Source of the DNA: a virus
DNA length: 64,000 bases
Strand: one strand, 5' to 3'
IMG/VR virus record: IMGVR_UViG_3300042924_005659
The translations under genes and the position numbers were made by a program. Of this stretch, positions 38,974 to 48,474 are shown one piece after another. The stretch's first letter is position 1. Each line of letters begins with the position of its first letter. Below the pieces are notes generated by a model, which was not told where the DNA came from, did not search any database, and saw only the letters and a list, made by a program, of their open reading frames with translations.

Positions 38974-39831
38974 TCAGACCTGGTCGTATGGGCCAGGCAG
39001 CCAGGCAAAACCGCCCATGATGTTGATCTCGAATTTCTTCTCCTGGCAGAACATCTGGAACTTTGCTAATTCCTGTTCGGCCATCTGAAGGTAGGTAGCT
39101 CCCTTGTTCTTGTCGTCTACGCTAAGACCTCCAGAGCTGTAGGGCAACTGGTTTCGGAAGTAGTGGTACGACGCGATCTTCATCAACTCTCCGATAGTGG
39201 CGTTGATGTGCGCCCGGCGCCAGGGAAAGTTGTGTATATCGTACTGTCCTACGTCGGGAGACATGGAATTCCAGGCGTCGATAGGCCGAGTGATGCAGAA
39301 GGCGATCTCGTTGTCGCTGAACTCTACGTCATTTAACAGAGTATTGGACTCCGGATAATCCCGTAGCGCCATGCGGATCTCCGCTACCGTCACTGGTCGG
39401 TTTATCGAACTGATCTTGGGTGTGATCTCAAGATACCTGGGAGTCTGGTATATGAGCTTGCCGTCCAGGTTGTAGACCTGAATTGATGCAAGGTGCAAGC
39501 CTGGATCAGACAGAATGTTCGGCGGAATGTATATCTCAATCTCGCCGTAATCCGAACGAATTACGGTGACGTCTATCTCAGTGTAGTTCTCGTTGAATAG
39601 AGATTCCCGCACTACATAGCGCAACTTCATATCCACTATGTTCAACGGATTGTTGTCAGGAGTGAATATCTGCGTGCGAAAGAAGGCGGCTCCGTCCTGA
39701 GCAACCTGGTCCACCGGCAAGTAATTAGACTTTGATCTATAGGGGCTTGCCGGGATCTTGTGTCGGTTGGCTCCAACGACTACCGCCACTGGGCCCAAGA
39801 CGATATTGCTTTGAGTGCTAGGGTAGGGCAT
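38974..39831 (-). CDS. Head-tail adaptor (SPP1 gp15 / T4 gp13-like) with an N-terminal Ig/BppU-like domain
   Basis: VTVAEIRMALRDYPESNTLL...EFSDNEI...RNQLPYSSGGLSVDDKNK is typical of large-myovirus adaptors; position after the capsid genes. Confidence 0.6.
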   Translation of the reverse strand: MPYPSTQSNIVLGPVAVVVGANRHKIPASPYRSKSNYLPVDQVAQDGAAFFRTQIFTPDNNPLNIVDMKLRYVVRESLFNENYTEIDVTVIRSDYGEIEIYIPPNILSDPGLHLASIQVYNLDGKLIYQTPRYLEITPKISSINRPVTVAEIRMALRDYPESNTLLNDVEFSDNEIAFCITRPIDAWNSMSPDVGQYDIHNFPWRRAHINATIGELMKIASYHYFRNQLPYSSGGLSVDDKNKGATYLQMAEQELAKFQMFCQEKKFEINIMGGFAWLPGPYDQV

Positions 39832-39834
39832 GGG

Positions 39835-40365
39835 TTATACCGTCGTTATAGTTCCAAGAACGTTGCAGGAAGCGGCAATGGTATTTACGGTGCTGGAATA
39901 GAAATAGCCGTCCCAATACTCCTCTGGCTCCGGAGTATAAGCATACGCAAAAGCTCTGGCTGTGACTGGATTGGTCTGGAGTCTCGTGATGTCTCCGGTC
40001 TCCTCACCTCCTACGGTCACTGAGGCAAAGCCATAAAGCTCTCCTCTGAAGGTGGTCGTAGCGCCAGAAGTTCTGACGGACTCATAGCTATCTAGAGTCG
40101 CTGAGGAGATCAGCACAGATACCTGAGTTGCCGTAATTACAAATCTATTTGGAGTGACGCTTTTGGTAACTGTCTCAATAACGGCATTTGGATTCGGACT
40201 ACCCAACGCGCCGATCAATCTAGCATCGTAAAGTTTAAACACAACGTCTTGAATGTCTGGTATGGCTATATTGTGAAAAAACCGCTCCGTAGGAAAAGAC
40301 ATGTAGAAGTCTTCGCCTACGGGAATAGCGGTAAATACAGTATTGCTTGCGTTTCCAGCTGACAT
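39835..40365 (-). CDS. Hypothetical structural protein
   Basis: In-operon ORF upstream of the adaptor. Confidence 0.5.
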   Translation of the reverse strand: MSAGNASNTVFTAIPVGEDFYMSFPTERFFHNIAIPDIQDVVFKLYDARLIGALGSPNPNAVIETVTKSVTPNRFVITATQVSVLISSATLDSYESVRTSGATTTFRGELYGFASVTVGGEETGDITRLQTNPVTARAFAYAYTPEPEEYWDGYFYSSTVNTIAASCNVLGTITTV

Positions 40366-40375
40366 AGATGCAGTA

Positions 40376-40384
40376 ATTATAGCA
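40376..40384 (-). promoter_or_regulatory. TGCTATAAT extended -10 box upstream of the neck module
   Basis: Exact motif in the intergenic gap, 10 nt before the ATG at 40365; no obvious RBS. Confidence 0.55.
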
Positions 40385-40411
40385 CGCCAGCCGGTAGAAA
40401 ACTAACGTTGA

Positions 40412-41746
40412 TTATTCGGCAGGTTCTGCAGTTACTACCACTAGTGTTGCAAAGTTGCCGCCAACGTTAGAGTCCTGAATAGCCAGAGTCTTTATTGGCT
40501 GAGTGCCGTTGGCAGAACTTCCATAGGTAAACGTATATGAGTTGGTTAAGTTTGTGGTGATCGAGTTTGCAACAGGCAACGGTCTGGCAGATTTTGAGAA
40601 ATCGTTCACAGTAAAGTTTAGATACTTTGCCGGATCTTTAAATCTGTTTAAAATCTCCGCTCTGTTATTTCGACAATAGGTAAGGTTGCAGGCGTTATAC
40701 AGCTTGCCAGTAAAGACTATATTTCCGGCAACGTCTCGGCCTCTCACGTCTACGACCATATTGTTTTTTGCCAATCCTCTTACGTCTGTTTCAGAATATA
40801 CAAAGTATATTTCGTTGGCAACATAGGCTAGTGGTACGGAGACTCCATTACTCACAGGATTATCGTAGGTTCCAAGCCCAGTATAAGCAGGAAGATAAGG
40901 CGTTGGCTTGCCGCCGTATGCGTCTGGACCATAGTTGTCGATCAGTGCGCAGAACTCAAGACGCCAAGTGTTTTGATTACTTAAACGACAAGCTACAATT
41001 ATTGGATGCGGATTACTGTTAGTGTCGTAGGTAATGATTCTATTATTACTGGCAAGGTTGGAGTAACTGGAACCTGATGCGATCAGCTCAATGGTATCTG
41101 TAGGCTTTACTACATACTCTGCGGCTGTTGATGCTCTACTGCCAACGCCGACAACTTCCCTAAGGGCTGCCGAATAGTTAAGTCTGACTTCTCCAGCCGC
41201 AGTACAGCCCACTCTAGCGGTAAGTAATCCGGAAGTCTCGTAGATATAGGTACTGCCCGGTCCCTGAATCCAAGTAGGGAATACTGTACTAGAGGACGGA
41301 TCAAGAAAAGATCCAATCTTTTGCTCTAAATTAGAGTTCCATAGCCAGCCATTTGGATATACCGGGTTACCCATTAAAAAAGTGTAATACGGAATAGCTC
41401 CAGAGAGTGCTTCCTGCTCTGGATCATTAAGTATGGCGTTTGGGGCTATGAGTACAGGTCTAGTAGCAGATGTAGGATTGCTGGATACGTTGAAAGCCTG
41501 TACTGAAACCTTGTAAGAAGACACCTCCCAGTTGGGAGTATCAAAGAACAGATTTACACGCCTACCCATGGTCCAACCTGTATCGTAGGTTGGCAAATCT
41601 GTATTTGTATTAAATCCAGGTGCAGGCCAAGGAGCGTTGGTACCATCCATTGTGCTAGGAAAGCTTAATGGAAAAGGCTGAAATCTATGATCAGCCGCGT
41701 TTCCTAGGATAAGGTATCGGGTATACGTGCTTCGCTGGAAGCTCAT
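40412..41746 (-). CDS. Head-proximal beta-rich protein, paralogue B
   Basis: Colinear with 41760..42818 (see findings). Confidence 0.55.
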   Translation of the reverse strand: MSFQRSTYTRYLILGNAADHRFQPFPLSFPSTMDGTNAPWPAPGFNTNTDLPTYDTGWTMGRRVNLFFDTPNWEVSSYKVSVQAFNVSSNPTSATRPVLIAPNAILNDPEQEALSGAIPYYTFLMGNPVYPNGWLWNSNLEQKIGSFLDPSSSTVFPTWIQGPGSTYIYETSGLLTARVGCTAAGEVRLNYSAALREVVGVGSRASTAAEYVVKPTDTIELIASGSSYSNLASNNRIITYDTNSNPHPIIVACRLSNQNTWRLEFCALIDNYGPDAYGGKPTPYLPAYTGLGTYDNPVSNGVSVPLAYVANEIYFVYSETDVRGLAKNNMVVDVRGRDVAGNIVFTGKLYNACNLTYCRNNRAEILNRFKDPAKYLNFTVNDFSKSARPLPVANSITTNLTNSYTFTYGSSANGTQPIKTLAIQDSNVGGNFATLVVVTAEPAE

Positions 41747-41759
41747 TGTGCCTCCAAGA

Positions 41760-42818
41760 CTAGCTAATTGGATTTATCGTGATCGCAATCTGCGGATAGG
41801 AGGTAGCAGTGCCGGAGTTTATAAGGGCTAAGCATCTATAAGGCTCGGATCCAGCTACGTAATCTCTGTCGATTGTGATTCGCTGCGAGTTAAAAGCAGT
41901 AGTAGTTACTGTAGGCAGAGGACGGAAATTGGCATTAGCCCAGGCTCTTGATACTTGTAGGAATCTAGTGGGGTCAAATAGCTTAGCTACTACTCCTGAC
42001 TTATTGTTACTGGAGTAGGTTAGATTGACGCAGCTTACTAGGTTGCCGGTAAATACTGGAGTGCCGCCGCTATCCTTACCTACAACTGTAACTGCCAATC
42101 CGTCAACCGCCAGTTTTCTGAAGTCTGAGGCGCCGTACTTTAGGACGTACTCGTAAGAGGTCTCTGTAGCAGTAAGGGCGCCGGTTGCCGTAGAGGTAGG
42201 GAATCCCGTTGCATCAGATCCGACAATTACTACTCTACCAGTACCGTCTAGATCCAACGAAGCGTTAAATTCGACGTAGTAGCTGTCAGAATTGTTTTTA
42301 ACTCTTGTTGCCAGTACGGTTAAATTTGAACCTGTAGTAAGGTTATCTGCAATGTGCCCATTAGTGGCAACATCTAGAATATCTGAGGGCTGAACCCAGG
42401 CAGAATTTGCCGCCGAGGCTCGGGCTCCAACAGGAACTACGTTTGTTAAAATACCGCAGTAAGTTACGTTTATAGCGGTATTTAGAGTGTTCGCAAAGGC
42501 AACATTTCCACGTATGAAGTGGTTAGTTACATTTGCCACCGTGTCTACGATCATAACGTTAGGGGCAGCTAGAAGCGGAGTTCCAGCAGCGGTATGAGCG
42601 TACTCTAGATTGATGCTAAAGGTGCTTGAGGGCCAGGCCGGAGTCTCAAAGAAAATATTAACAGCCCTACCTGAAACCCATAAAGAGCTGTTAATAACTG
42701 GAGCGCTAGTACTAAATGCCTGCGGAGCAACTGTAAGCTCGTTGGCAGTAGGGCTGGCAGGAGTGCCTCGATCCTGAAGTTTCAGATATCGAGTTACAGG
42801 AGCCTGATGGAAGTTCAC
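41760..42818 (-). CDS. Head-proximal beta-rich protein, paralogue A
   Basis: GTG start with AAGGAG RBS; colinear with 40412..41746. Confidence 0.55.
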   Translation of the reverse strand: MNFHQAPVTRYLKLQDRGTPASPTANELTVAPQAFSTSAPVINSSLWVSGRAVNIFFETPAWPSSTFSINLEYAHTAAGTPLLAAPNVMIVDTVANVTNHFIRGNVAFANTLNTAINVTYCGILTNVVPVGARASAANSAWVQPSDILDVATNGHIADNLTTGSNLTVLATRVKNNSDSYYVEFNASLDLDGTGRVVIVGSDATGFPTSTATGALTATETSYEYVLKYGASDFRKLAVDGLAVTVVGKDSGGTPVFTGNLVSCVNLTYSSNNKSGVVAKLFDPTRFLQVSRAWANANFRPLPTVTTTAFNSQRITIDRDYVAGSEPYRCLALINSGTATSYPQIAITINPIS

Positions 42819-42842
42819 TTGAACGCTCCTTTCGAGTAGTTA

Positions 42843-43418
42843 TTAGCTAACTACATCAAGGAACGTAAGGAGCTCCTCGTCAGAAACACCACCGGGGACG
42901 TCTGCAGCTGCAGCCTTGTTCATTGGAGCTACTGGAACGCCAGCGGCCTCAAGACCAGAATCAAGAGCGTGGTTCATGGCAGCGAGGGAGAGCTTGATCT
43001 GACCTTCGCTAGCGTGCTTGACGTTGAGGTTGCCGACGATGGTGTCGATGAGGGCATCGACTGAAACGCCGCTGGAGACCATTGCTGCAAACTTGCCATT
43101 GAGCTGCAGAGCATGGGCAAGGTCTGACTCGGACTCAAACTGAAGACCGTGTTCGGCGCAAGCCTTTACGAACTCAGGAATGTAGTAAGTGCCAACAAAG
43201 CTCTGGAGGGCAGCGATCTTACGGGACTCGTTGTTTTGAGTATCTGACATTTGAGATTCCTTTTTGGAGTATTTTGCCTTAGCCTCAGCTAATTGCTTCT
43301 GGTAGTTTTTCTTGAAGCCTGCCGGATCGGGCTTGTCTGCACCGATGGAAACCAGGTGCTTGTACATAGCCTCGATGAATTCTGGGGAATTTGGATCTGT
43401 AGGGCCGTCTGAAAACAT
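42843..43418 (-). CDS. Putative internal head protein (K-x-A rich)
   Basis: Follows the MCP; contains KIA, KFA, KHA and KAA motifs. Confidence 0.5.
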   Translation of the reverse strand: MFSDGPTDPNSPEFIEAMYKHLVSIGADKPDPAGFKKNYQKQLAEAKAKYSKKESQMSDTQNNESRKIAALQSFVGTYYIPEFVKACAEHGLQFESESDLAHALQLNGKFAAMVSSGVSVDALIDTIVGNLNVKHASEGQIKLSLAAMNHALDSGLEAAGVPVAPMNKAAAADVPGGVSDEELLTFLDVVS

Positions 43419-43437
43419 TTTCGTATCCTTGGTAATT

Positions 43438-43465
43438 CCTACGGGGGGATTTCTCCCCCCGTAGG
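43438..43465 (-). terminator. Perfect 12-bp GAAA-loop hairpin after the major capsid gene
   Basis: CCTACGGGGGGA-GAAA-TCCCCCCGTAGG; no U-tract, so it may be a stabiliser or attenuator rather than a classic intrinsic terminator. Confidence 0.6.
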
Positions 43466-43471
43466 TGTTGC

Positions 43472-43499
43472 ATCATATCTTTGAATTATGCGAAGTCAA
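43472..43499 (-). promoter_or_regulatory. Possible promoter TTGACT-N16-TATGAT overlapping the MCP stop
   Basis: -35 at 43494-43499, -10 at 43472-43477; the start site would fall at the base of the hairpin. Confidence 0.4.
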
Positions 43500-44463
43500 C
43501 TCGGGAGACGGCTGCAGCATTTGCAATACCGCCACCAAGCATCTCGTAGGCGTACCAGGAGAGCATTGGACCTTCACGCTTGACGAACATGGTGGTGTCC
43601 TCAAGGAAGTAAAGGCGACCAAGGAACTCAGGTGCAGCAAAGAGGAACATGCTGTTGTTGGGGACGAGGTCGTCCTTAATGGTGGTGATCCAGTTGAGGC
43701 TGCACCACTTGGTTGCCTCGCCTGCCCAGCCATTGACCAGAATGTTCTGAGCCATGTCGCCACCGACTTCTTCACGAGTCCACTTCTCGAACTCGAGAGC
43801 AGTCTTCTGGTTGACAAGAGCGGTCTGAGGACGGAGGCGAGCGCCTGCGGTCATCATGAGCTTCTTGGCCTCAACGACGTTCTCACGAGTGAGACCGCCG
43901 GAGAGAGTCTTCCATAGCGTGATGTTGGTGCCGTTTGGACCGTAGGGAACTAGCTCGTTTGCGGTCATGAGGTCGTTGGAGAGCAGCGAATTGATCGTCT
44001 GGATGAACTTGCCGTCTTCCTCTGCCTGGAGATCCTTGAGCGCATTGTCGCTAATGACCTGACGGATGTCGAGATCATAGTCGTGAAGCTCCGCAACGTC
44101 CTTGTTGAACATTGGAGTTGCAATGCGGCTGAAGGTAACGAGCCAACGCTTACCGTAGATGTAGGTTCCGCTGGGGAACTCACCGAAGGGAATCGACATC
44201 GCTCCAGGTGAATCTGGCTCGAGTTCGACGACCTTGGACGGCTTATCGGTGGAGACCTGCTTGGTGAGGTCGTCGCCGGTAATGGTCTGAGCGGGGAGAA
44301 TCTTGCGGAGGAAACCCTCTTCACGAAGCTTCATGCGGATGTAATCCGACGTAGCGCGTGCAACTTTGATAGTTGACTCTGGGTTAAACTCCATCTGGTC
44401 GATGTGCTGACGAACTACTTGGTTCGCCCGCTTTTCCATATCTGAAAGATGTTCTAGTGCCAT
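43486..44463 (-). CDS. Major capsid protein (HK97 fold, encapsulin/linocin-like size)
   Basis: SDYIRMKLREEGFLRKILPAQTI...TPMFNKDVAEL...DIRQVISDNALKDLQAEEDGKFI; protease-scaffold-decoration-MCP gene order; AGGAG RBS; hairpin downstream. Confidence 0.85.
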   Translation of the reverse strand: MALEHLSDMEKRANQVVRQHIDQMEFNPESTIKVARATSDYIRMKLREEGFLRKILPAQTITGDDLTKQVSTDKPSKVVELEPDSPGAMSIPFGEFPSGTYIYGKRWLVTFSRIATPMFNKDVAELHDYDLDIRQVISDNALKDLQAEEDGKFIQTINSLLSNDLMTANELVPYGPNGTNITLWKTLSGGLTRENVVEAKKLMMTAGARLRPQTALVNQKTALEFEKWTREEVGGDMAQNILVNGWAGEATKWCSLNWITTIKDDLVPNNSMFLFAAPEFLGRLYFLEDTTMFVKREGPMLSWYAYEMLGGGIANAAAVSRVDFA

Positions 44464-44507
44464 CTGTATTTACTCCTGGGTAGGTTTAGGTTTAGGTTTA
44501 ATTTGAA

Positions 44508-45083
44508 TTAGATTGCTGGCCACCAGTTGACGTAGAAATAAACCATATTTACGCCGTACTGGTTCTTGGCTACGCCTGAAGTAGCAATACCAATGACCTG
44601 GTTGGTGTTTTGAGTGGCATTTATGGCGTAGCCGTATGCACTTGGAGTACCGGTGCTAGCAAAAGTAGCAATCTTGCCTGCTGCGGAAGTGCTAGCCATA
44701 AGTAGTTGACCTGCGGTGGGAGCACCGTCGTACTCAGTGGTACCGAGCTCGTATGCGCCGGTACCAACGAGGCAGCTAACGCCGACTTCGCCCTGAGCGA
44801 CTTGAGTAGACTTCTGAGCAGCCATGTTGCCCTGATAACGAACTGCATCGTTATCTTCGATACCGCCACGTGCAAAGAGTGGCATTGCATTACCGGTAGC
44901 TGCACCCTTTGCAAACTGGCCGCTGGTGTTAAGGTAGCCGATAGCGCCAGCAACAACACCAGTAGCGGTGGTGCCGTTATAGCCAGCAACGGGGCAAACG
45001 CGAGAAAGTTGACGCTCATCCCACCATCCACGGACGGGATCGAGCATGTTTGTGGTCATCTGAGTTAAGTTCTTGTAAGGCAT
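44508..45083 (-). CDS. Capsid decoration / cement protein
   Basis: 191 aa Gly/Ala-rich ORF directly upstream of the MCP (GAIGYLNTSG...YELGTTEYDG...GQLL), beta-tulip-like by position and composition. Confidence 0.55.
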   Translation of the reverse strand: MPYKNLTQMTTNMLDPVRGWWDERQLSRVCPVAGYNGTTATGVVAGAIGYLNTSGQFAKGAATGNAMPLFARGGIEDNDAVRYQGNMAAQKSTQVAQGEVGVSCLVGTGAYELGTTEYDGAPTAGQLLMASTSAAGKIATFASTGTPSAYGYAINATQNTNQVIGIATSGVAKNQYGVNMVYFYVNWWPAI

Positions 45084-45142
45084 TGTTTATTCTCCGAATC
45101 TTGGATTCGTATAGTGTAGAACAGAAGTTCTTTCTTTTCAAT

Positions 45143-45535
45143 TTAGCTGAGGAGAGCCTCGCACCAGGCCGACGAGGACTGGTTGCCAGGAACCGCAGCG
45201 GATTTTGCGGAAACAGAGGAAGGAACACCTACCGCAAGATTACGAGCCTGGCCCACTTCGGCCTGAAGGGCAGCAATCTTGTTGGTAAGAGACGCGATAG
45301 TCTTGAGAGCGCCATCATTTGTCATGATGTAGTTTGCGAACTCAGACTGACGAGCTGGATCAAGTCCAGCGTGTTTGACAAGGTCTGCAACCCGAGCTTC
45401 GGCTTCCTTACGAGAAACCGGGCTTGGAGTTGCAGTTGGCTGGGGTGCGGAGATAGTCGAAACCATCTCAGGCACACGCTCCATGAAAGATGCGATCTTT
45501 TCTAGCGCTTTAACTGGAATTTTAATATTACTCAC
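45143..45535 (-). CDS. Small head protein (K-x-A rich)
   Basis: 5 of 8 lysines are K-x-A. Confidence 0.55.
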   Translation of the reverse strand: MSNIKIPVKALEKIASFMERVPEMVSTISAPQPTATPSPVSRKEAEARVADLVKHAGLDPARQSEFANYIMTNDGALKTIASLTNKIAALQAEVGQARNLAVGVPSSVSAKSAAVPGNQSSSAWCEALLS

Positions 45536-47082
45536 GACTGAATCCCTTTATAGATTGAGTTAAGTTCATTGCGAAGACGGCTGGCGGAACGCAGAGTCTG
45601 GAACTTTGCGCCTGCGCGCTTTACAGCACCGTCACAAGTCTGAAGGAAAGAAACCTGAGCTGCGGAGAGCTTGGTAGGATCTACCTTACCTGCAGCAATC
45701 AGAGCAGAAGCCTTGGCGTAGGAGCGAACATCGGACTCCTTCATGCCTTCCTGTTGCATGAGTGCCATAAGAGCAGCTTCATCCTCAGGAGTCATTGGAG
45801 GCTCTTGGCCCTCAGCACCCATCATGGCAGGATCCATCATGGCGGCCATCTCGTCTGGAGCGCCACCGCCTGCTGGCATTGCAGCCATGTCCATAAGTGC
45901 TTGCTCGGCAGCAGCCTCTTCGTCAGAAGAAATTTCCTCTTCTGATTCGGGAGACTCCTCCTCGCCTTCCTCTTCCTCTTCCATCATTTCGTCTTCTGCG
46001 AGCTTACGAAAGGTGCGGCCCTTGCGGGAAGAGCCCTCCTTCTCTGCTTTAATCTCGGCTTCGAGTGCAGCAGCAGCCTTCTTTAGCTTCTTGAGCTGAG
46101 ACATCTTCTCCTCAGCGTCATCGCCTGGCTTCTTGTCTGCCCAGTCTGGAACGCCATCGCCGTCGGCATCTGGCTTCTTCTTCTCAGACTTTTCGGCAGG
46201 CTTGGCATCAGCCTGAGCGCCGGCCATAACTTCTGCAAACTTAGGAGTGCCGTCGATCTCAGCAAGAATGTCGTAAGCTGCGATCTTCTCAGCCATGCCG
46301 TGAATCTGAGCTGCGGCTGCGGCTTGCTTCTCGGCCTGAATTACTGGAAGAACGTGAGGAGCTGCAAACTTGTCCATGACAGCGGTAACAGACTGAACAA
46401 AAGACTCAGCATCACGAGCGGCTGCAGTCTTCATGTCCTCGCGCATGGACAACATGTCACGGATGGCCATCTCGCGAATTGCAGCCAACTTAGCTGCAGC
46501 GTCCTTGCCCTGCTCCTTGGTGAGAGGGATGTTGCCATCGTTATCAGCGTTTACTGGATAAGCAGCGGTGCCCTTAGCATCCTTCTTGCTGTTATCTGTT
46601 GCTTCTTGGTCTACGTTACCGGTGACGTAAGAGTCCGCCTTCTGAGAAGCCTTAACGATATTGCGAAGTTCTGCAGCAAGGCTGCGAGCCTCTGCAATAA
46701 ATGCATCAGCGGCGTTCTTACCCGAGGGGTGAGAAGAACCGGGATCGTTGTTGTCATTAAGGTTGTACTTACGCTCGACCTCTGGTGCTTCACCAGATGG
46801 GCGAACCTTTACACCCTTGTTGTGTCCAGGATCCTTCTGCTGACTACCAGCTTCAAGCTTGGTGTCGCTGTCGGTTCCGAGAGGATACATTGCCTTGTTG
46901 TCAGCGGTGTTTTCTGCGTAGCGATGACCAACAACTGCAGGAGAGGTGTGGTCGTCAGCTGCAGAGTTGCTGCCGCTGGGGTGTGACGTGTTTAGAATGC
47001 TCTCGCCTGGATTCTCAGCGCGCTTCTGAGTAAGGGCGCGAAGCTGTTCGACTAAAGCGCGGTGTTCAAAGCTAGTGGCCAT
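45532..47082 (-). CDS. Putative capsid scaffold / core protein
   Basis: Between protease and MCP; low-complexity, coiled coil, acidic run EEEEEGEEESPESEEE, DADGDG motif, many K-x-A. Confidence 0.6.
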   Translation of the reverse strand: MATSFEHRALVEQLRALTQKRAENPGESILNTSHPSGSNSAADDHTSPAVVGHRYAENTADNKAMYPLGTDSDTKLEAGSQQKDPGHNKGVKVRPSGEAPEVERKYNLNDNNDPGSSHPSGKNAADAFIAEARSLAAELRNIVKASQKADSYVTGNVDQEATDNSKKDAKGTAAYPVNADNDGNIPLTKEQGKDAAAKLAAIREMAIRDMLSMREDMKTAAARDAESFVQSVTAVMDKFAAPHVLPVIQAEKQAAAAAQIHGMAEKIAAYDILAEIDGTPKFAEVMAGAQADAKPAEKSEKKKPDADGDGVPDWADKKPGDDAEEKMSQLKKLKKAAAALEAEIKAEKEGSSRKGRTFRKLAEDEMMEEEEEGEEESPESEEEISSDEEAAAEQALMDMAAMPAGGGAPDEMAAMMDPAMMGAEGQEPPMTPEDEAALMALMQQEGMKESDVRSYAKASALIAAGKVDPTKLSAAQVSFLQTCDGAVKRAGAKFQTLRSASRLRNELNSIYKGIQS

Positions 47083-47109
47083 AATGGTGTAGTTCCTTTA
47101 CGTTTGTAT

Positions 47110-48465
47110 TTATTCTACAGTGTTCTGACAAAATCCGCAAAAAATCAAATCATCTAGGTCGCTAGCGGAGGCAGCGGACTTGATGGAGTTAAGGGTCTCA
47201 AGCTGGTAACGAATATACTCTTTTGCCCAACTTGTGTCAATGTCGGAGGATAGCTTAATTGGGTTGGACTTTCCAATTTGAGTTCCGGCAATACGACCCA
47301 TCAACGGAGTAGTGACGGATCTGTACGGGCTAATGCTGGAGCACAGCTCTGCAATCTTGCCGGAAATCTTCATAGTTGCAGGCTCATACAGCGAGCTTGA
47401 AACTAGGTCGTCCGCATTAAATTCTCGTAAGGCGTCTGCAACAGCAGATTTATTAAAATTAGCAGCCTGACTAGAACTCAACTTAGATCCCGTCATTAAT
47501 GTGTAAAATTCTGCTGGACGCAGCATTACCCCATTATCAGACAATCCACGCATTACAGAGTCTAGGTGGGTTGGGATATAGCTAGATAGTTTCTTGACAA
47601 CGGTATCGACGTCTTCCTGATTATCTAGTACGACTGGGCGCATAACGCCGTCGATGCGCTTCTCCATCTTGGAGATTTTTTCAAGAATTTTACGCTTGTC
47701 TTCTGCTGACTTAAAGCTGCAATTAAGCGTAGCCTCTATACCTTGAATATCATTTAAAGTATAGCCTAGCTCTTCAGCTAAAGCAGCACCGCCTGCAACT
47801 CCAGTAGATGCTTTCTTTAAAGTATAAGCAACTCTATCGGCAGGACGAATAACTCTAGAGATATCGAAGAAGGTAGAGCTGGGATTATCCACTCCTACTA
47901 CCTTGCCGTCATCGAGAATCTTGCCCAAAGCTTCTTTGACGTGCCAGCAGTACTCTCGGGGAGTCTTTGCCTTATTAGAGCAAATTGAGCATACGTCGTG
48001 AGCGATTTTGCAAGCCATGGAGACCGGATAGCTGCCGTTGCGCTCTAACAAAGATAGCTCTTCGGCACACTTGGAGTTGTCGAGTTCCATAAGAAGCTCG
48101 ACTCTGTCCATGTCCTCGTTGTATACGGCAGCCTTTACAACGCCGTAGCTAGGATCCATAGGCGTATTCTTATGGTGCCGGAATACCTTGGCATGGCTGA
48201 TAAAAGTGGGGTGATCTCGTTGAAGATTGGCTCGTTTCCAGCCATCGCCGTTTCTGTTAAATCCGAACTTCTCGGAAGCAGTCATGGCAATAGTGTGAAC
48301 AGCCGTCTTGTCTCTCCCTGGAGTATAGCCCTCGATCAGGCGAGAGAACATATTTGCTCTCTTCTCCTGACCAGAGTCCAGACCCTTAGATGAGAATCTA
48401 AGGATCTCGAACGGAGCGTCGCTACCGAGGTTAAAGTGATCTGGGCTGAAAGCTTTGATAAACAT
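47110..48465 (-). CDS. Prohead maturation protease (HK97 gp4/assemblin-like fold inferred) with a Cys/His insert
   Basis: NRNGDGW...FRHHKN...GVVKAAVYN...VELLMELD...VSMACKIAHDVCSICSN...YCWH; position upstream of scaffold and MCP. Confidence 0.65.
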   Translation of the reverse strand: MFIKAFSPDHFNLGSDAPFEILRFSSKGLDSGQEKRANMFSRLIEGYTPGRDKTAVHTIAMTASEKFGFNRNGDGWKRANLQRDHPTFISHAKVFRHHKNTPMDPSYGVVKAAVYNEDMDRVELLMELDNSKCAEELSLLERNGSYPVSMACKIAHDVCSICSNKAKTPREYCWHVKEALGKILDDGKVVGVDNPSSTFFDISRVIRPADRVAYTLKKASTGVAGGAALAEELGYTLNDIQGIEATLNCSFKSAEDKRKILEKISKMEKRIDGVMRPVVLDNQEDVDTVVKKLSSYIPTHLDSVMRGLSDNGVMLRPAEFYTLMTGSKLSSSQAANFNKSAVADALREFNADDLVSSSLYEPATMKISGKIAELCSSISPYRSVTTPLMGRIAGTQIGKSNPIKLSSDIDTSWAKEYIRYQLETLNSIKSAASASDLDDLIFCGFCQNTVE

Positions 48466-48474
48466 TGGAGTTAC

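Noticed and set aside
43486-44463. Bacterial encapsulin nanocompartment gene
   Set aside because: The size and fold are similar, but its context (protease, scaffold, decoration, neck, tail) indicates a phage major capsid.
44481-44500. Telomere-like (TTTAGG)n repeat
   Set aside because: Only three copies, internal and within a 5' UTR; not a chromosome end signal.
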